Assembly: GCA_965261395.1 (NCBI GenBank)
Contig: OZ253462.1
Location: 960,001 to 1,024,000 of the forward strand
From: Candidatus Latescibacterota bacterium
GTDB taxonomy: Bacteria > Latescibacterota > UBA2968 > UBA8231
Length of the DNA stretch: 64,000 bases
Direction: 5' to 3'
Program-made: the position numbers and the translations under genes
The notes under the pieces: generated by a model
Seen by the model: the letters and a program-made list of their open reading frames with translations, nothing else
What the model was told of the DNA's origin: nothing
Database searches by the model: none
Shown: piece after piece, positions 39,715-50,267 of the stretch
Position numbering within the stretch: the stretch's first letter is position 1
How the letters are laid out: each line of letters starts with the position of its first letter

Positions 39715-41094
39715 GTGCTCCTGACCATAAGTACGGTCCATCAGCCCGCCACGGACTTAGGCTATCTCCTGCACAAGCACCCGGGCCGCGCCCAAGCCCT
39801 TGAATTGCCCTTTGGGACGGCACACGTCTTCTATCCAGAAGCCTCGTCTGAGCGATGCACGGCCGCGTTGCTCCTCGACGTAGATCCAACCGCGCTCAAG
39901 CGGAGTTCGGCATCTCCCGACTTCGCGCTGGCGTCTTATGTCAACGACCGACCCTACGCGGCCTCGTCTTTTACCAGCGTAGCCATTGCCCGAGTGTTTA
40001 CCTCGGCCTTGAACGGACAGTGCCGCGAACGGGCCGAGCTAGTAGAAAAAGCCCTGCCGCTGCGAGTGGGAGTTAGCGCGCTGCCCTGCCGGGGGGGCGA
40101 GGACTTGTTGCGCAGCCTCTTTGAGCCGTTGGGATATGCGGTGGAGGCTAGCGGCTCCTTACTCGACGAGCATTTTCCAGCGTGGGGAAATGGCCCCTAT
40201 TACGAGGTCGAGCTACAGTGCGTGCGGCCATTAAAAGAAGTGCTGGCGCATTTGTATGTGCTGATACCGGTGCTCGACGACGAGAAGCACTACTACGTGG
40301 GGGAGGAAGAGATCGACAAGCTGATGAGGCGAGGCGGGGAATGGCTGGCAGGCCACCCGCTGCGCGACCTAGTTGTTGAGCGCTACTTAAAGCACCAGCG
40401 AGGTCTGAAGCAGGCCGCGCTGTCGCGGCTTTTGGTAGAGGAAGCAGGGGAGGCCGAAAACCACGCGGGCGAAGAGGCACTCGAAGCGGAGCTGAGCTTG
40501 AACCAACAGCGCTTGGCCGCGGTGTTCGAGGAGCTCAAGGCGAGCGGCGCCCGGCGGGTGCTGGACCTCGGCTGTGGGGAGGGGCGACTGCTCGCGCTGT
40601 TGGCGGCGGAAGTGCAGTTCACCGAAGTGGCGGGGATGGATGTGTCGCCGCAAGCCCTGTCGCGTGCTCACAGGCGGCTAGAGAGGCTGCCACGCGGCGA
40701 ACAGGTCTCGGTTTTTCAGGGGTCGCTGGCCTATCGCGATGCCCGGTTGAGCGGGTACGACGCCGCGGCGCTGGTGGAAGTCATCGAGCATTTGGATCCG
40801 CCGCAGCTACGGGCCTGCGAGCGGGCTGTGTTTGAGTTCGCCCGTCCCGCTACGGTAGTGATAACCACTCCCAACGCCGACTACAATGCCCATTGGGACG
40901 CGCTGCCAGCCGGTGCATTCCGCCATCCCGACCACCGCTTTGAATGGCGGCGAGCGGAATTCGGGGCGTGGGCAGAGCAGGTGGGGAACCGCTATGGATA
41001 TGCCGTGCGCATGGTGCCCGTCGGCCCGGAGGACCCCGAGCTAGGCGCGCCGACGCAGATGGCGATTTTCTCTGCGGAGGGCACTGGTGGCTGA
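39715..41094 (+). CDS. hen1: Bacterial Hen1 3'-terminal RNA 2'-O-methyltransferase
   Basis: PATDLGYLLHKHP, YVNDRPYAASS, HLYVLIPVLDDEKHY, LDLGCGEG, EVIEH, FRHPDHRFEW. Confidence 0.95.
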   Translation: MLLTISTVHQPATDLGYLLHKHPGRAQALELPFGTAHVFYPEASSERCTAALLLDVDPTALKRSSASPDFALASYVNDRPYAASSFTSVAIARVFTSALNGQCRERAELVEKALPLRVGVSALPCRGGEDLLRSLFEPLGYAVEASGSLLDEHFPAWGNGPYYEVELQCVRPLKEVLAHLYVLIPVLDDEKHYYVGEEEIDKLMRRGGEWLAGHPLRDLVVERYLKHQRGLKQAALSRLLVEEAGEAENHAGEEALEAELSLNQQRLAAVFEELKASGARRVLDLGCGEGRLLALLAAEVQFTEVAGMDVSPQALSRAHRRLERLPRGEQVSVFQGSLAYRDARLSGYDAAALVEVIEHLDPPQLRACERAVFEFARPATVVITTPNADYNAHWDALPAGAFRHPDHRFEWRRAEFGAWAEQVGNRYGYAVRMVPVGPEDPELGAPTQMAIFSAEGTGG

Positions 41095-43612
41095 CGAGAA
41101 AAGTCGCCTCTCGATACCCGACCTCTCGCTGGTGGTGCTAATCGGCGTCTCTAGCTCAGGCAAATCGATCTTTGCCCGCGAGCACTTCCTCCCGACCGAA
41201 GTGCTTTCCGCGGACTTTTTTCGCGGAGTGGTCGCAGACGACGAAAACAGCCTAGAGGCTACGGACGATGCGTTTGCCGCCCTGCACTTTGTCGCCGCCC
41301 GCCGCTTGGCACGGGGCCTTTTGACCGTGGTAGACGCGACTAACGTGCAGCCCGAGGCGCGGAAGCCGCTGGTGGCGCTGGCCAAGCGCTATCACGCCCA
41401 GCCGGTGGCCATCGTCTTCGACCTGCCTCGGGCGCTCTGCGAGGAGCGCGCGGCCGGGCGTACAGACCGCGACTTGCCTCCCCACGTGATCCCCCGGCAA
41501 CACAGTCAGCTACGCCGCGGCCTCAAGGGCCTCAAGCGCGAGGGCTTTCGCCGCTCCTTTGCGCTGCGCTCGCCCGCAGACGTGGCGCGGGTCGAAGTGG
41601 TGCGAGAGAAACTGTGGCCCGACCGCCGCGAGGAGCGCGGTCCGTTTGACATCATCGGCGATGTCCACGGGTGTTGCGCCGAACTTGAAGCCCTGCTCGA
41701 CCGGCTGGGGTATTGCATCGCAGAGGGAAAGGTGGAGCCGCCGCCAGGGCGCAAGGCCGTCTTTGTCGGCGATCTGGTGGACCGTGGACCCAATGCCCCC
41801 AGCGTTCTCGCGCTGGTCATGCGCATGGTGGAGTCGGGCGCGGCCCTGTGCGTGCCGGGCAACCACGACGCGCGCTTGGTTCGGGCCTTGCAGGGCAGAA
41901 AGGTCCAACGCACCCACGGCTTAGAGGAGACGCTCGCCCAACTCGCCGACGAGACGGCGGAGTTCAAGAAAAAAGTCGAGACCTTTCTCGGCGGCCTAGT
42001 CAGTCACTACGTCCTCGACGGAGGTGCGCTGGTGGTAGCGCACGCTGGCATGAAGGAGGAAATGGCCGGCCGCGCCTCTGGGGCCGTACGGGCGTTTGCC
42101 CTGTACGGGGACCCGACGGGCGAGGATGACGAATTTGGCTTGCCGGTGCGCCGCGATTGGGCGGCCGAGTATCGGGGCCGCGCCCGCGTCGTCTATGGCC
42201 ACACGCCTGTGGCGCAGTCTGAATGGGTCAACAACGCGATCAACATCGACACCGGCTGCGTCTTTGGCGGCGCGCTGACGGCGCTGCGCTATCCCGAGCT
42301 GGAGCTCGTATCCGTCCCGGCCAAGGCGCAGTACGCCGAGCCGGTTCGCCCCTTGGCGGTGCAACAGACGCGCGACGATGTGCTCGACTTGGCGGATGTG
42401 GCCGGAGGCCGGCGGGTGGAGACGCGGTTGATGGGCCGAGTTACCGTCCATGCAGAGCGGGCGGTCGCGGCGCTGGAGGTGATGAGCCGCTTTGCCGTTG
42501 ATCACCGGTGGCTGATCTATCTGCCGCCGACGATGGCTCCGCCCCAAACCAGCACCCGCCCCGACTTGCTCGAACACCCGGACGAGGTCTTGGCGTACTA
42601 TCGCCGCTGCGGCGTGCGCGAGCTCATCTGCGAAGAGAAGCAAATGGGCTCGCGGGCCGTGTTGGTCGTTTGCCGCGACCCGGCGACAGCGCAGCGGCGC
42701 TTTGGGGTCGAGGACGGCAGCGCGGGCATCTGCTACACGCGCACGGGCCGCCGTTTTTTCACGGATACAGGCTTGGAGGCGGGGCTCTTGGACCACGTGC
42801 GCCGGGCCTTTGAGCGCAGCGAGCTGTGGAGTGCGCTGGCGACGGACTGGGCGGTACTCGACGCCGAGATCATGCCTTGGTCGGCCAAGGCGCAGCAGCT
42901 ACTCGAAGACCAGTACGCAGCAGTGGGCGCGGCGGCGCGAATGTCGCTGGCAGCGGCCGTGGGCGCGCTGGAGCAGGCGGCAGCGCGGGGCATAGCCGTC
43001 GGCGAGCTGTTGAGCCGTTGTCGCGGCCGGGCCGAGTCCGTGGCGCGCTACGCAGCGGCCTATCGCCCCTATTGCTGGCCGGTGCACTCGCTCGAGGACC
43101 TCAAATTGGCTCCTTTTCACCTCTTGGCCACGGAGGGACAGGTCCACGTCAACCAGACCCACGCGTGGCATCTGGAGACCTTGGACAAACTCTGCGCGGC
43201 CGAGCCGGATTTGCTGTGCGCGATAGATCGCCGGCGGGTGGTTTTAGACGATATGCACAGCAGCAGCGCAGCGGTCCAGTGGTGGGAGGAACTGACCGCA
43301 AGCGGCAGCGAGGGCTTGGTCGCCAAGCCCTTGGACTTCGTCTGCACAGGCGTGCGCGGTCTCGTCCAGCCGGCGCTTAAGTGCCGGGGCCGCACGTATC
43401 TGCGGCTGATCTACGGGCCTGAGTACACGGAGCGCCTAGAGCTGTTGCGCCGCCGCAATCTCAAGGGCAAGCAGGCGTTGGCCCTGCGGGAATTCGCGCT
43501 GGGAGTGGAGGGCTTGGAGCGGTTTGTCGCCGGGCAGCCCTTGCGCCGGGTACACGAATGCGTCTTTGGGGTCTTGGCGTTGGAAAGCGAGCCGGTTGAC
43601 CCTCGGTTTTAG
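41087..43612 (+). CDS. pnkp: Polynucleotide kinase-phosphatase-ligase Pnkp
   Basis: Kinase GVSSSGKS and DATN; phosphoesterase GDVHG, GDLVDRG, GNHD, YGHTP, IDTG; ligase EEKQMGSR, EGLVAKP, KCRGR, ESEPVDPR. Confidence 0.95.
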   Translation: MADEKSRLSIPDLSLVVLIGVSSSGKSIFAREHFLPTEVLSADFFRGVVADDENSLEATDDAFAALHFVAARRLARGLLTVVDATNVQPEARKPLVALAKRYHAQPVAIVFDLPRALCEERAAGRTDRDLPPHVIPRQHSQLRRGLKGLKREGFRRSFALRSPADVARVEVVREKLWPDRREERGPFDIIGDVHGCCAELEALLDRLGYCIAEGKVEPPPGRKAVFVGDLVDRGPNAPSVLALVMRMVESGAALCVPGNHDARLVRALQGRKVQRTHGLEETLAQLADETAEFKKKVETFLGGLVSHYVLDGGALVVAHAGMKEEMAGRASGAVRAFALYGDPTGEDDEFGLPVRRDWAAEYRGRARVVYGHTPVAQSEWVNNAINIDTGCVFGGALTALRYPELELVSVPAKAQYAEPVRPLAVQQTRDDVLDLADVAGGRRVETRLMGRVTVHAERAVAALEVMSRFAVDHRWLIYLPPTMAPPQTSTRPDLLEHPDEVLAYYRRCGVRELICEEKQMGSRAVLVVCRDPATAQRRFGVEDGSAGICYTRTGRRFFTDTGLEAGLLDHVRRAFERSELWSALATDWAVLDAEIMPWSAKAQQLLEDQYAAVGAAARMSLAAAVGALEQAAARGIAVGELLSRCRGRAESVARYAAAYRPYCWPVHSLEDLKLAPFHLLATEGQVHVNQTHAWHLETLDKLCAAEPDLLCAIDRRRVVLDDMHSSSAAVQWWEELTASGSEGLVAKPLDFVCTGVRGLVQPALKCRGRTYLRLIYGPEYTERLELLRRRNLKGKQALALREFALGVEGLERFVAGQPLRRVHECVFGVLALESEPVDPRF

Positions 43613-43684
43613 CAATGGGCCGCTTGCGCCGCAGCCCACTGTCTCGGTATTATCAAACAGTACGCCTCTTATGGAGAATAGACC

Positions 43685-44254
43685 ATGATTACCATTACCG
43701 CAGCAGCAGAACAGAAAATTGCCAACCTAGTCGCCGCGAGCGAAAAGCCGGTCAAGGGCCTGCGCATCGGCGCTCGCCTCGATCCCGCCAAGCAGGTTGA
43801 CTACAAGCTGGCCTTCGTATCCGACCAGCAGGTAGGCAGCGACGATCAGGTCGCCCACTTTGGGGGCTTTGACGTGTACATAGATCCCGAAAGTGCCGAT
43901 CTGTTGGCGGAAGCCAAGGTGGATTACGTAGATGGGCTTATGGGTTCGGGCTTTAAGATCGAAGGCCCGCGCAAGATGCCCGCGCATCTGAGCGGCCCGG
44001 TGGCCGAGGCCGTCCACCGCGTCATCGAAACCCAAATTAACCCAGGCGTGGCCTCGCACGGCGGCGTGGTGACCTTAGTGGACATCAAGGGCAACACGGT
44101 CTTCGTGCAGATGGGCGGAGGCTGTCAGGGCTGTGGCCAAGCCGATGTGACGCTTAAACAGGGCATCATTCGCATGATTAAGGAAGCGGTGCCCGAGGTG
44201 GAGGCCGTAGAGGACGCGACGGATCACGCCTCGGGAGAAAACCCGTACTATTAG
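43685..44254 (+). CDS. nfuA: Fe/S biogenesis protein NfuA-like (degenerate A-type carrier plus NifU-C domain)
   Basis: MITITAAA, VDYVDGLMGSGF, INPGVASHGG, GGGCQGC, DATDHASGENPYY. Confidence 0.85.
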   Translation: MITITAAAEQKIANLVAASEKPVKGLRIGARLDPAKQVDYKLAFVSDQQVGSDDQVAHFGGFDVYIDPESADLLAEAKVDYVDGLMGSGFKIEGPRKMPAHLSGPVAEAVHRVIETQINPGVASHGGVVTLVDIKGNTVFVQMGGGCQGCGQADVTLKQGIIRMIKEAVPEVEAVEDATDHASGENPYY

Positions 44255-44271
44255 TTCCGAGGAGAGGAGCT

Positions 44272-45075
44272 ATGACAACGGCGTTGCCGCTGGTGGCGCG
44301 GCCCGATCTCGAGGGCTATGTGCAGGCGATGAAGGACGACGGGTATGCCTATTTTCCCCAGGTGCTCAACGAGCTAGAGATCGCCGAGTTGCGCCACGCC
44401 ATGGATGAGCTGACCGCGCTGGAGGAAAGCTACGACCGCCACACCGACCCGGCCGTACACGGCTTTCTCAACAAGAGCATCAACAATGCGTTCAACCGCG
44501 CGCCGGTCTTCACCCAGTACCTGGACCGGCCCGAAATCATCGACCTAGTCGAGGCGATACACGGCGACGACTGCCACTGCATCGGCATGACGGCTTGGAT
44601 AACTGGCCCAGGTCGCCCTGACCAAACCCTGCACGCCGACTGGCAACCGCTGACCCTGCCCGAAGAAGTCATGGGTCACCCAGAGGTAGAGATTCCGATC
44701 TTTATCACCACGGCCCATTACTATCTCGACGGTCTGACAGAGGAGCTGGGGCCGACTTGCTTCGTGCCGGGCAGCCACCGCGCGGGTCGGCGGCCCCGAG
44801 CGGGCGAAACCAGCTTTAAGGGCGTCGAGGAGCAGAGCATCTTGTGCAAGGCCGGCGACTGCGTGTTGTTTCGCTGCGAGGTTTGGCACCGAGGCACGGC
44901 CAATACGAGCACGCAGACGCGCTACCTGCTGCAAGTACACTACGCCCAGCGCATTATCACCCAAAAGTACCCACCCTATCTGAACAAATTCCAATTCGAC
45001 GCGGCCCTGTTGGCGCAGGCCACGCCACGGCAGCAGCGGCTTTTGGGCGACCACGTGCCGAGCAATTACGACTAG
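44272..45075 (+). CDS. PhyH-family dioxygenase
   Basis: LHAD, GPTCFVPGSH, GDCVLF, WHRG, RYLLQVHY. Confidence 0.85.
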   Translation: MTTALPLVARPDLEGYVQAMKDDGYAYFPQVLNELEIAELRHAMDELTALEESYDRHTDPAVHGFLNKSINNAFNRAPVFTQYLDRPEIIDLVEAIHGDDCHCIGMTAWITGPGRPDQTLHADWQPLTLPEEVMGHPEVEIPIFITTAHYYLDGLTEELGPTCFVPGSHRAGRRPRAGETSFKGVEEQSILCKAGDCVLFRCEVWHRGTANTSTQTRYLLQVHYAQRIITQKYPPYLNKFQFDAALLAQATPRQQRLLGDHVPSNYD

Positions 45076-45078
45076 AAA

Positions 45079-45101
45079 GGCGACCGGCCGGTCGCCCCTA
45101 C
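45079..45101 (-). repeat. GTAG-type REP palindrome
   Basis: Minus strand reads GTAGGGGCGACCGGCCGGTCGCC; intergenic. Confidence 0.7.
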
Positions 45102-45143
45102 CACCCGGATTACGGCTCCCGCCGAATGGATGAATAACACACT

Positions 45144-45515
45144 ATGGCTAATTCTCCCATATCCGTTCTGCTCTTCGAAGACAATCCCATTCACGCTCGC
45201 CTGTTGCAGAACTTGCTGAAACCGGAATTTGCCGTGGAAGCGGTCGATCATTTAGCGGCTGGCTTGGCGCGGTTAGAAGCCGGCGGCATCGACGCAATCC
45301 TCCTCGACTTGGTACTGCCCGACAGTCAAGAGCTGGCCACCTTCGAGCGCGTCAAAGCAACCGTCCCGAACATCCCCGTACTGGTCCTGACTGGCCTTGA
45401 TGACGAAGTGCTCGCCGAAGAGGCCGTAGCGGCCGGCGCCCGCGATTACCTAATCAAAACGCAGATTGACGGCGAGAGTTTGGCCCGGTCTATCCGGGCG
45501 GCCGTAGCAGGTTAG
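45144..45515 (+). CDS. Single-domain response regulator
   Basis: [23 protein letters not shown]. Confidence 0.9.
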   Translation: MANSPISVLLFEDNPIHARLLQNLLKPEFAVEAVDHLAAGLARLEAGGIDAILLDLVLPDSQELATFERVKATVPNIPVLVLTGLDDEVLAEEAVAAGARDYLIKTQIDGESLARSIRAAVAG

Positions 45516-45517
45516 CG

Positions 45518-48415
45518 ATGGGGAGCGATCCCCGCTTCCTGCGCAGGACCGGCTGGCTGGCGCGATTGGCAGCCTCCACGAGCGTACTCTCGGGTGCGCT
45601 GGTGCTGTGGGGCTGGAACGCTGGCGACGAATATCTCAAAAGCTTCATGCACATCAGTTGGGTGGCGACGCATCCGCTCGTGGCGATGCAGTTTATCTTG
45701 GCTGGCGCGGCGCTTTTGTTGTTGCGAGCCGAGCCGCTGAGCCGCTGGCGGCGGTATGCGGGCGTGGTGCTGGGGGCGACCGTGGTGCTGATCGCCGTGT
45801 TCAAGTTGATCGGCTACCAGTACAACTGGGAGCGGGGAGTCGATACATACCTTTTTTACTTCAAGCTGGGCGGCTACCGGATGTCGCCCAATGCGGCTTT
45901 TTCCTTTTTGCTGATAGGCTTGGCGCTGGTGTTGATGGACGTGCGGGTGAGGGGCCACGCCTATCTGCCGCAGACCTGCGTGCTCGCGGCAACGGCCATT
46001 GGGCTTTTGTCGATGAGCAGCTACTTCCACAACGTGCTCCTGCTCTACGGGATAGCTGGGTATGTGCCGGTCGTCCCAGACACGGCGACTGAATTTCTCA
46101 TCCTCTGCGCTGGCCTGCTCTGTGCCCGGCCGCACCGCGAGCCGATCACCACCATCATCAGCACTACGGAGGGCGGCTCCGTAGCGCGCCGCCTCTTGCC
46201 GGCCGCCTTTGCCATTCCCCTCGTACTCGACTGGATCCGCACGCAGGGCGAGAGTCTCTATGGCTACGAATTTGGCCTCTCGCTCTTTACGCTGCTCAAC
46301 ATCTTGGCCTTTGCCCTGCTCATTTGGTGGAACGCCGCATCGCTGTCGCGGGTCGATGCGGAAAGGCGGCGCTCGGAAGAGCAGCTACAAGAGCAATACC
46401 GCCTGACCGCGGCGACGGCGCAATCCGAGCACGAGGCCCTGTTGGCACTCGAAGAGTCGCAGGAGGCTCTGCGCGACGCCAAGGAGCAGGCCGAAGCGGC
46501 CAACCACGCCAAGAGCGCGTTCTTGGCCAATATGAGCCACGAGATCCGCACCCCAATGAACGGCATCATCGGCATGACCGAGCTGTTGGGGCGCACCCGG
46601 CTCGAATCTCAGCAGCGCAACTACTTGACCTTGGTGCAGCAGTCGGCTGAAGCCCTGCTATCCCTGCTCAACGACATCCTCGACTTCTCCAAAGTCGAAG
46701 CAGGCCGCTTGGCGCTGGAGGAAATCGAGTTTGGCCTGCGCGACGAGGTGGGTAATGCCGTGCAGGCCCTGGCTATGCACGCGGCGAGCAAAAACATAGA
46801 GCTCGTGTGCCACATCCCCGCAGACGTTCCCGACCGCTTGGTCGGCGACCCGCGCCGCTTGCGCCAAGTGGTGATCAACTTGGTGGGCAATGCGATTAAG
46901 TTTACCGAAGAGGGCGAGGTGGAAGTTGGCATCGCCGTGGAAGAGGCCTTGCCGGATGCCGTGGGTCTGCGCCTGTGGGTGCGCGACACCGGGATCGGCA
47001 TCGCGCCGGAGAAACAGGCGCGGATCTTCGACTCTTTCAGCCAAGTCGATAGCTCGACCTCGCGGCGCTTTGGCGGCAGCGGCTTGGGCTTGGCCATTTC
47101 GCAGCAGCTAGTCGAACTGATGGGAGGCCGCATCTGGGTCGAGAGCGAGGAGGGCAAAGGCAGCACCTTTTACTGCACGGTCCGCTTAGGGCTGGGGACG
47201 CCGGAGACCAAGCGCACCGATCTGATCTCGCTGCGGGGGCTAAAGGTCTTGGTTGTTGACGACCATGCAACTAACCGGCGGATCCTCGAAGAGATCCTCA
47301 AAAGCTGGGCGATGGAGGCCGAGCTGGTGGAGAGCGGCTCTGCTGCGATAGCAGCCATAGAGGCTGCGCCGCAGCCTTTCGACTTAGTGCTGATGGATCT
47401 GATGATGCCGGGGATGGACGGCCTAGAAACGGTAGCGAGGATCCGCGAGAACGTAGCGTTTGCCCAAGTGCCGGTGCTGCTGCTTTCCTCGGCCGACCGA
47501 GCCGAATACAGCACGCGGTCGCGCTCCTTGGGCATTGCCCGCAGCCTGATTAAGCCGGTCAAGCAGTCCGACCTGCTAGAGGCCATTGGCGAGGCCCTTG
47601 AAGCCGCCCCGCCGGTGTATACGCATGGTCCCTCAAGGAGCGGTGAAGTGCTTGGGGACGAGCCGGTGGCTGTCGAGAGGTGCCGCATCCTCTTGGCCGA
47701 GGATGGGGTGATCAACCAGCAAGTAGCCGTGCGGCTATTGGAAGAGCGCGGCCACTCCGTAGTGATAGTGAACAATGGCCGCGCAGCCGTGGAGCAGGTG
47801 GCGGCACAGTCCTTTGACGTGGTGCTGATGGATGTGCAAATGCCGAATATGGACGGTCTAGAGGCCACGGCTGCCATTCGCCAAGCAGAGACATCGACTG
47901 GTGGGCACATCCCAATCGTCGCCATGACCGCCCACGCCATGAAAGGTGACCGCGACCGCTTCTTAGCGGCGGGCATGGACGGTTATGTCGCCAAGCCCGT
48001 GCGCCCGCACGAGCTGTACGCGGCCGTGGAGGGACTTCACCGCGCCTTGAGGCGTGAATTCGCGCCTGCGGATGTGTTCTTTGAGTGGGATGCCGCGCTC
48101 GAGCGCGTCGGCGGCGACGAGGCCATGCTGCGCGACCTAGCGGAGATGTTCTTTGCCGAGTGCCCCAAGCTGATGCAGCAGATCCGCAAGCATATCGCCG
48201 GCGCGGACGGCCCCGAGTTGCGGCGGGCCGCGCATACGCTCAAGGGATCGGCGCAGGTTTTCGGAGCGGAGGAGACGGCCGAGGCCGCGCATCGGTTGGA
48301 GGAAATCGGACGCGAGGAAGCGTTTGCCGACGCTAGAGAGGCACTAGCGTTGTTGGACGATGAAGTGGCGCGGTTGCTGCCGGCCTTGCGGGAGCGGGTT
48401 GCGGCCAGCGCGTAA
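45518..48415 (+). CDS. Multi-pass membrane hybrid sensor histidine kinase with two receiver domains and an Hpt domain
   Basis: Several N-terminal TM helices; [31 protein letters not shown]; DLMMP and DVQMP receivers; AHTLKGS Hpt. Confidence 0.93.
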   Translation: MGSDPRFLRRTGWLARLAASTSVLSGALVLWGWNAGDEYLKSFMHISWVATHPLVAMQFILAGAALLLLRAEPLSRWRRYAGVVLGATVVLIAVFKLIGYQYNWERGVDTYLFYFKLGGYRMSPNAAFSFLLIGLALVLMDVRVRGHAYLPQTCVLAATAIGLLSMSSYFHNVLLLYGIAGYVPVVPDTATEFLILCAGLLCARPHREPITTIISTTEGGSVARRLLPAAFAIPLVLDWIRTQGESLYGYEFGLSLFTLLNILAFALLIWWNAASLSRVDAERRRSEEQLQEQYRLTAATAQSEHEALLALEESQEALRDAKEQAEAANHAKSAFLANMSHEIRTPMNGIIGMTELLGRTRLESQQRNYLTLVQQSAEALLSLLNDILDFSKVEAGRLALEEIEFGLRDEVGNAVQALAMHAASKNIELVCHIPADVPDRLVGDPRRLRQVVINLVGNAIKFTEEGEVEVGIAVEEALPDAVGLRLWVRDTGIGIAPEKQARIFDSFSQVDSSTSRRFGGSGLGLAISQQLVELMGGRIWVESEEGKGSTFYCTVRLGLGTPETKRTDLISLRGLKVLVVDDHATNRRILEEILKSWAMEAELVESGSAAIAAIEAAPQPFDLVLMDLMMPGMDGLETVARIRENVAFAQVPVLLLSSADRAEYSTRSRSLGIARSLIKPVKQSDLLEAIGEALEAAPPVYTHGPSRSGEVLGDEPVAVERCRILLAEDGVINQQVAVRLLEERGHSVVIVNNGRAAVEQVAAQSFDVVLMDVQMPNMDGLEATAAIRQAETSTGGHIPIVAMTAHAMKGDRDRFLAAGMDGYVAKPVRPHELYAAVEGLHRALRREFAPADVFFEWDAALERVGGDEAMLRDLAEMFFAECPKLMQQIRKHIAGADGPELRRAAHTLKGSAQVFGAEETAEAAHRLEEIGREEAFADAREALALLDDEVARLLPALRERVAASA

Positions 48416-48435
48416 CGCCGAAGGAGAAACAGACG

Positions 48436-48765
48436 ATGGAACGCGTGTACACCACTCAGGACTTGGCCATGCTCAGCCACCTCAAAAATGCGCTAGCCGC
48501 GCAGGGCATTGAATGCGTTTTGCGCGGTCAGCACCTGCTCGGCGGAGTGGGCGAATTGCCCCCGATCGAGTGCTGGCCGGAGTTGTGGGTCTTGGACGAC
48601 AAGCAGGTCGCGGCGGCGAGATCGCATATCGACACCCTGTTTGCAACGGCTGCTAAAGACGAGGCACCTTGGACTTGCGCCGCGTGCGGCGAGGAGTGCC
48701 CGGGAGCGTTTACGGACTGTTGGAGCTGCGGCGCAGCTAGGGCCGAAAAGAGCGAAACTCCCTGA
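48436..48765 (+). CDS. DUF2007-like signal-transducing protein with a C-terminal Zn ribbon
   Basis: LAAQGIEC, GELP, PELWV; WTCAACGE...FTDCWSCG. Confidence 0.75.
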   Translation: MERVYTTQDLAMLSHLKNALAAQGIECVLRGQHLLGGVGELPPIECWPELWVLDDKQVAAARSHIDTLFATAAKDEAPWTCAACGEECPGAFTDCWSCGAARAEKSETP

Positions 48766-48828
48766 CACACCCCACTGGCGCGCCTTTGGCTTGCCGACTC
48801 CCCGAATTAGAAAAAACCGCTAAGACGC

Positions 48829-50229
48829 ATGAACAAGACAGAAAATAGCACGCCCAATATCGTCCTGATCGTCACCGACCAGCAGCGCTGGGACACGCTC
48901 GGCTGCTTGGGCTACGACCACGTAATCACTCCGCACATTGACCGCTTGGCCGCCCGGGGCGTAGCGTTCAGTCGCGCCTTTGTGCAAGGGGCCGTTTGCG
49001 GCCCGTCGCGCAATAGCATCGTCTCGGGCCAGTACGTCCACACCCACGGCATTGACCGCAACGAGGCGTGGCTGACGCCCGAACAGCCCAACTGGATCGA
49101 GCAGCTCAAGGACGGCGGCTACCACACAGTCAACATCGGCAAAATGCACACCGCGCCCATCCGCCTGCCGTGCGGCTTCCGCCACCGCACGGTCGTCGAA
49201 AACAAGAACTATCGGCAGGGACACCACGGCCCAGACCCGGACGACTACGACTTGTACCTGATGCAATTCGGGCTTAGACGACCGGCGCTGACCTACTACC
49301 GCGACGTGCCCAATTGGCCGGATTATTTGGGCGCGGCCGTGTGGCCGCACGACGAAGCCTTGTTTATCGACAACTGCATTGGGCGCTGGAGCGTGGAGGC
49401 TATTCGCACGCACGACTTTGCCAAGCCGCTTTTCCTGTGGAGTGGTTTTGCCGGGCCGCACGATCCCTTTGACGCGCCCGAATCTTCGCTGGCGCGCTAC
49501 GAAGGCGTGGACATTCCCGACCCCGTGGGGATCCCCAACGAACTGGACACCAAGCCGCCGCCACAGCGCCAAGCCATGAAGGGCATGGACGGCAAACACG
49601 CACCCGCGGCGATCTGGTGGAGCCGAGCGACCCCGGAGCGCATTCGCCGCATGCGCCGGCACTACTACGCCAACATCACCGCCATTGACGATTGGGTCGG
49701 CTCGATGGTTGCGGCCATTGACGAGCGGGGCGAGCTGGACAACACGATTTTTGTATTTACCTCGGACCACGGCGACTGCCTCGGCGACCATCACCAAGTC
49801 TATAAGTTCTCGTCCCACTACGACTCAGTGGCGCGAGTGCCGCTGGTTTTTGCCGGTCCCAGAGTCGAGCGGCTGGGGGTGCGCGATCCGCTAGTAGAGT
49901 TGATTGATCTAGGCCCGACCCTGTTGGAAATGGCGGGGTTGGGGCCGTTGGCCGAGGCGGCGGGGCTTTCTTTGGGGCCGCTGTTGCACGGGGAAGAGGT
50001 CGTATTGCACGAGACCGTGTTTTCCGAGTACGGCCCGCGCATCATGGCGCGAACCGAGGCGTGGAAATTGGTTTTTTACCCGGGGGAACCCTACGGGGAG
50101 TTGTATCATTTAGAAGAGGACCTGGACGAACTGTACAACCTGTACGACGATCCGGCTCATGCGGGAGCGCGGGGAGCGATGGTGGAGCGGATGATGGATT
50201 GGTACGGCAAGACGCGGATGCAGCGCTAG
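48829..50229 (+). CDS. Formylglycine-dependent sulfatase
   Basis: PNIVLIVTDQQR, CGPSR (CxPxR), GKMH, PHDP, SDHG, ELYHL...ELYNL. Confidence 0.93.
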   Translation: MNKTENSTPNIVLIVTDQQRWDTLGCLGYDHVITPHIDRLAARGVAFSRAFVQGAVCGPSRNSIVSGQYVHTHGIDRNEAWLTPEQPNWIEQLKDGGYHTVNIGKMHTAPIRLPCGFRHRTVVENKNYRQGHHGPDPDDYDLYLMQFGLRRPALTYYRDVPNWPDYLGAAVWPHDEALFIDNCIGRWSVEAIRTHDFAKPLFLWSGFAGPHDPFDAPESSLARYEGVDIPDPVGIPNELDTKPPPQRQAMKGMDGKHAPAAIWWSRATPERIRRMRRHYYANITAIDDWVGSMVAAIDERGELDNTIFVFTSDHGDCLGDHHQVYKFSSHYDSVARVPLVFAGPRVERLGVRDPLVELIDLGPTLLEMAGLGPLAEAAGLSLGPLLHGEEVVLHETVFSEYGPRIMARTEAWKLVFYPGEPYGELYHLEEDLDELYNLYDDPAHAGARGAMVERMMDWYGKTRMQR

Positions 50230-50267
50230 CCGAGAAGATAGACGCTGATTAGAGAAAGGACGCGAGG

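Noticed and set aside
45144-48415. Receiver plus hybrid kinase as a novel system
   Set aside because: Standard HisKA-HATPase-REC-REC-Hpt architecture; only the input signal is unknown.
48820-49818. 332-aa minus-strand ORF
   Set aside because: Antisense to a clear sulfatase gene.
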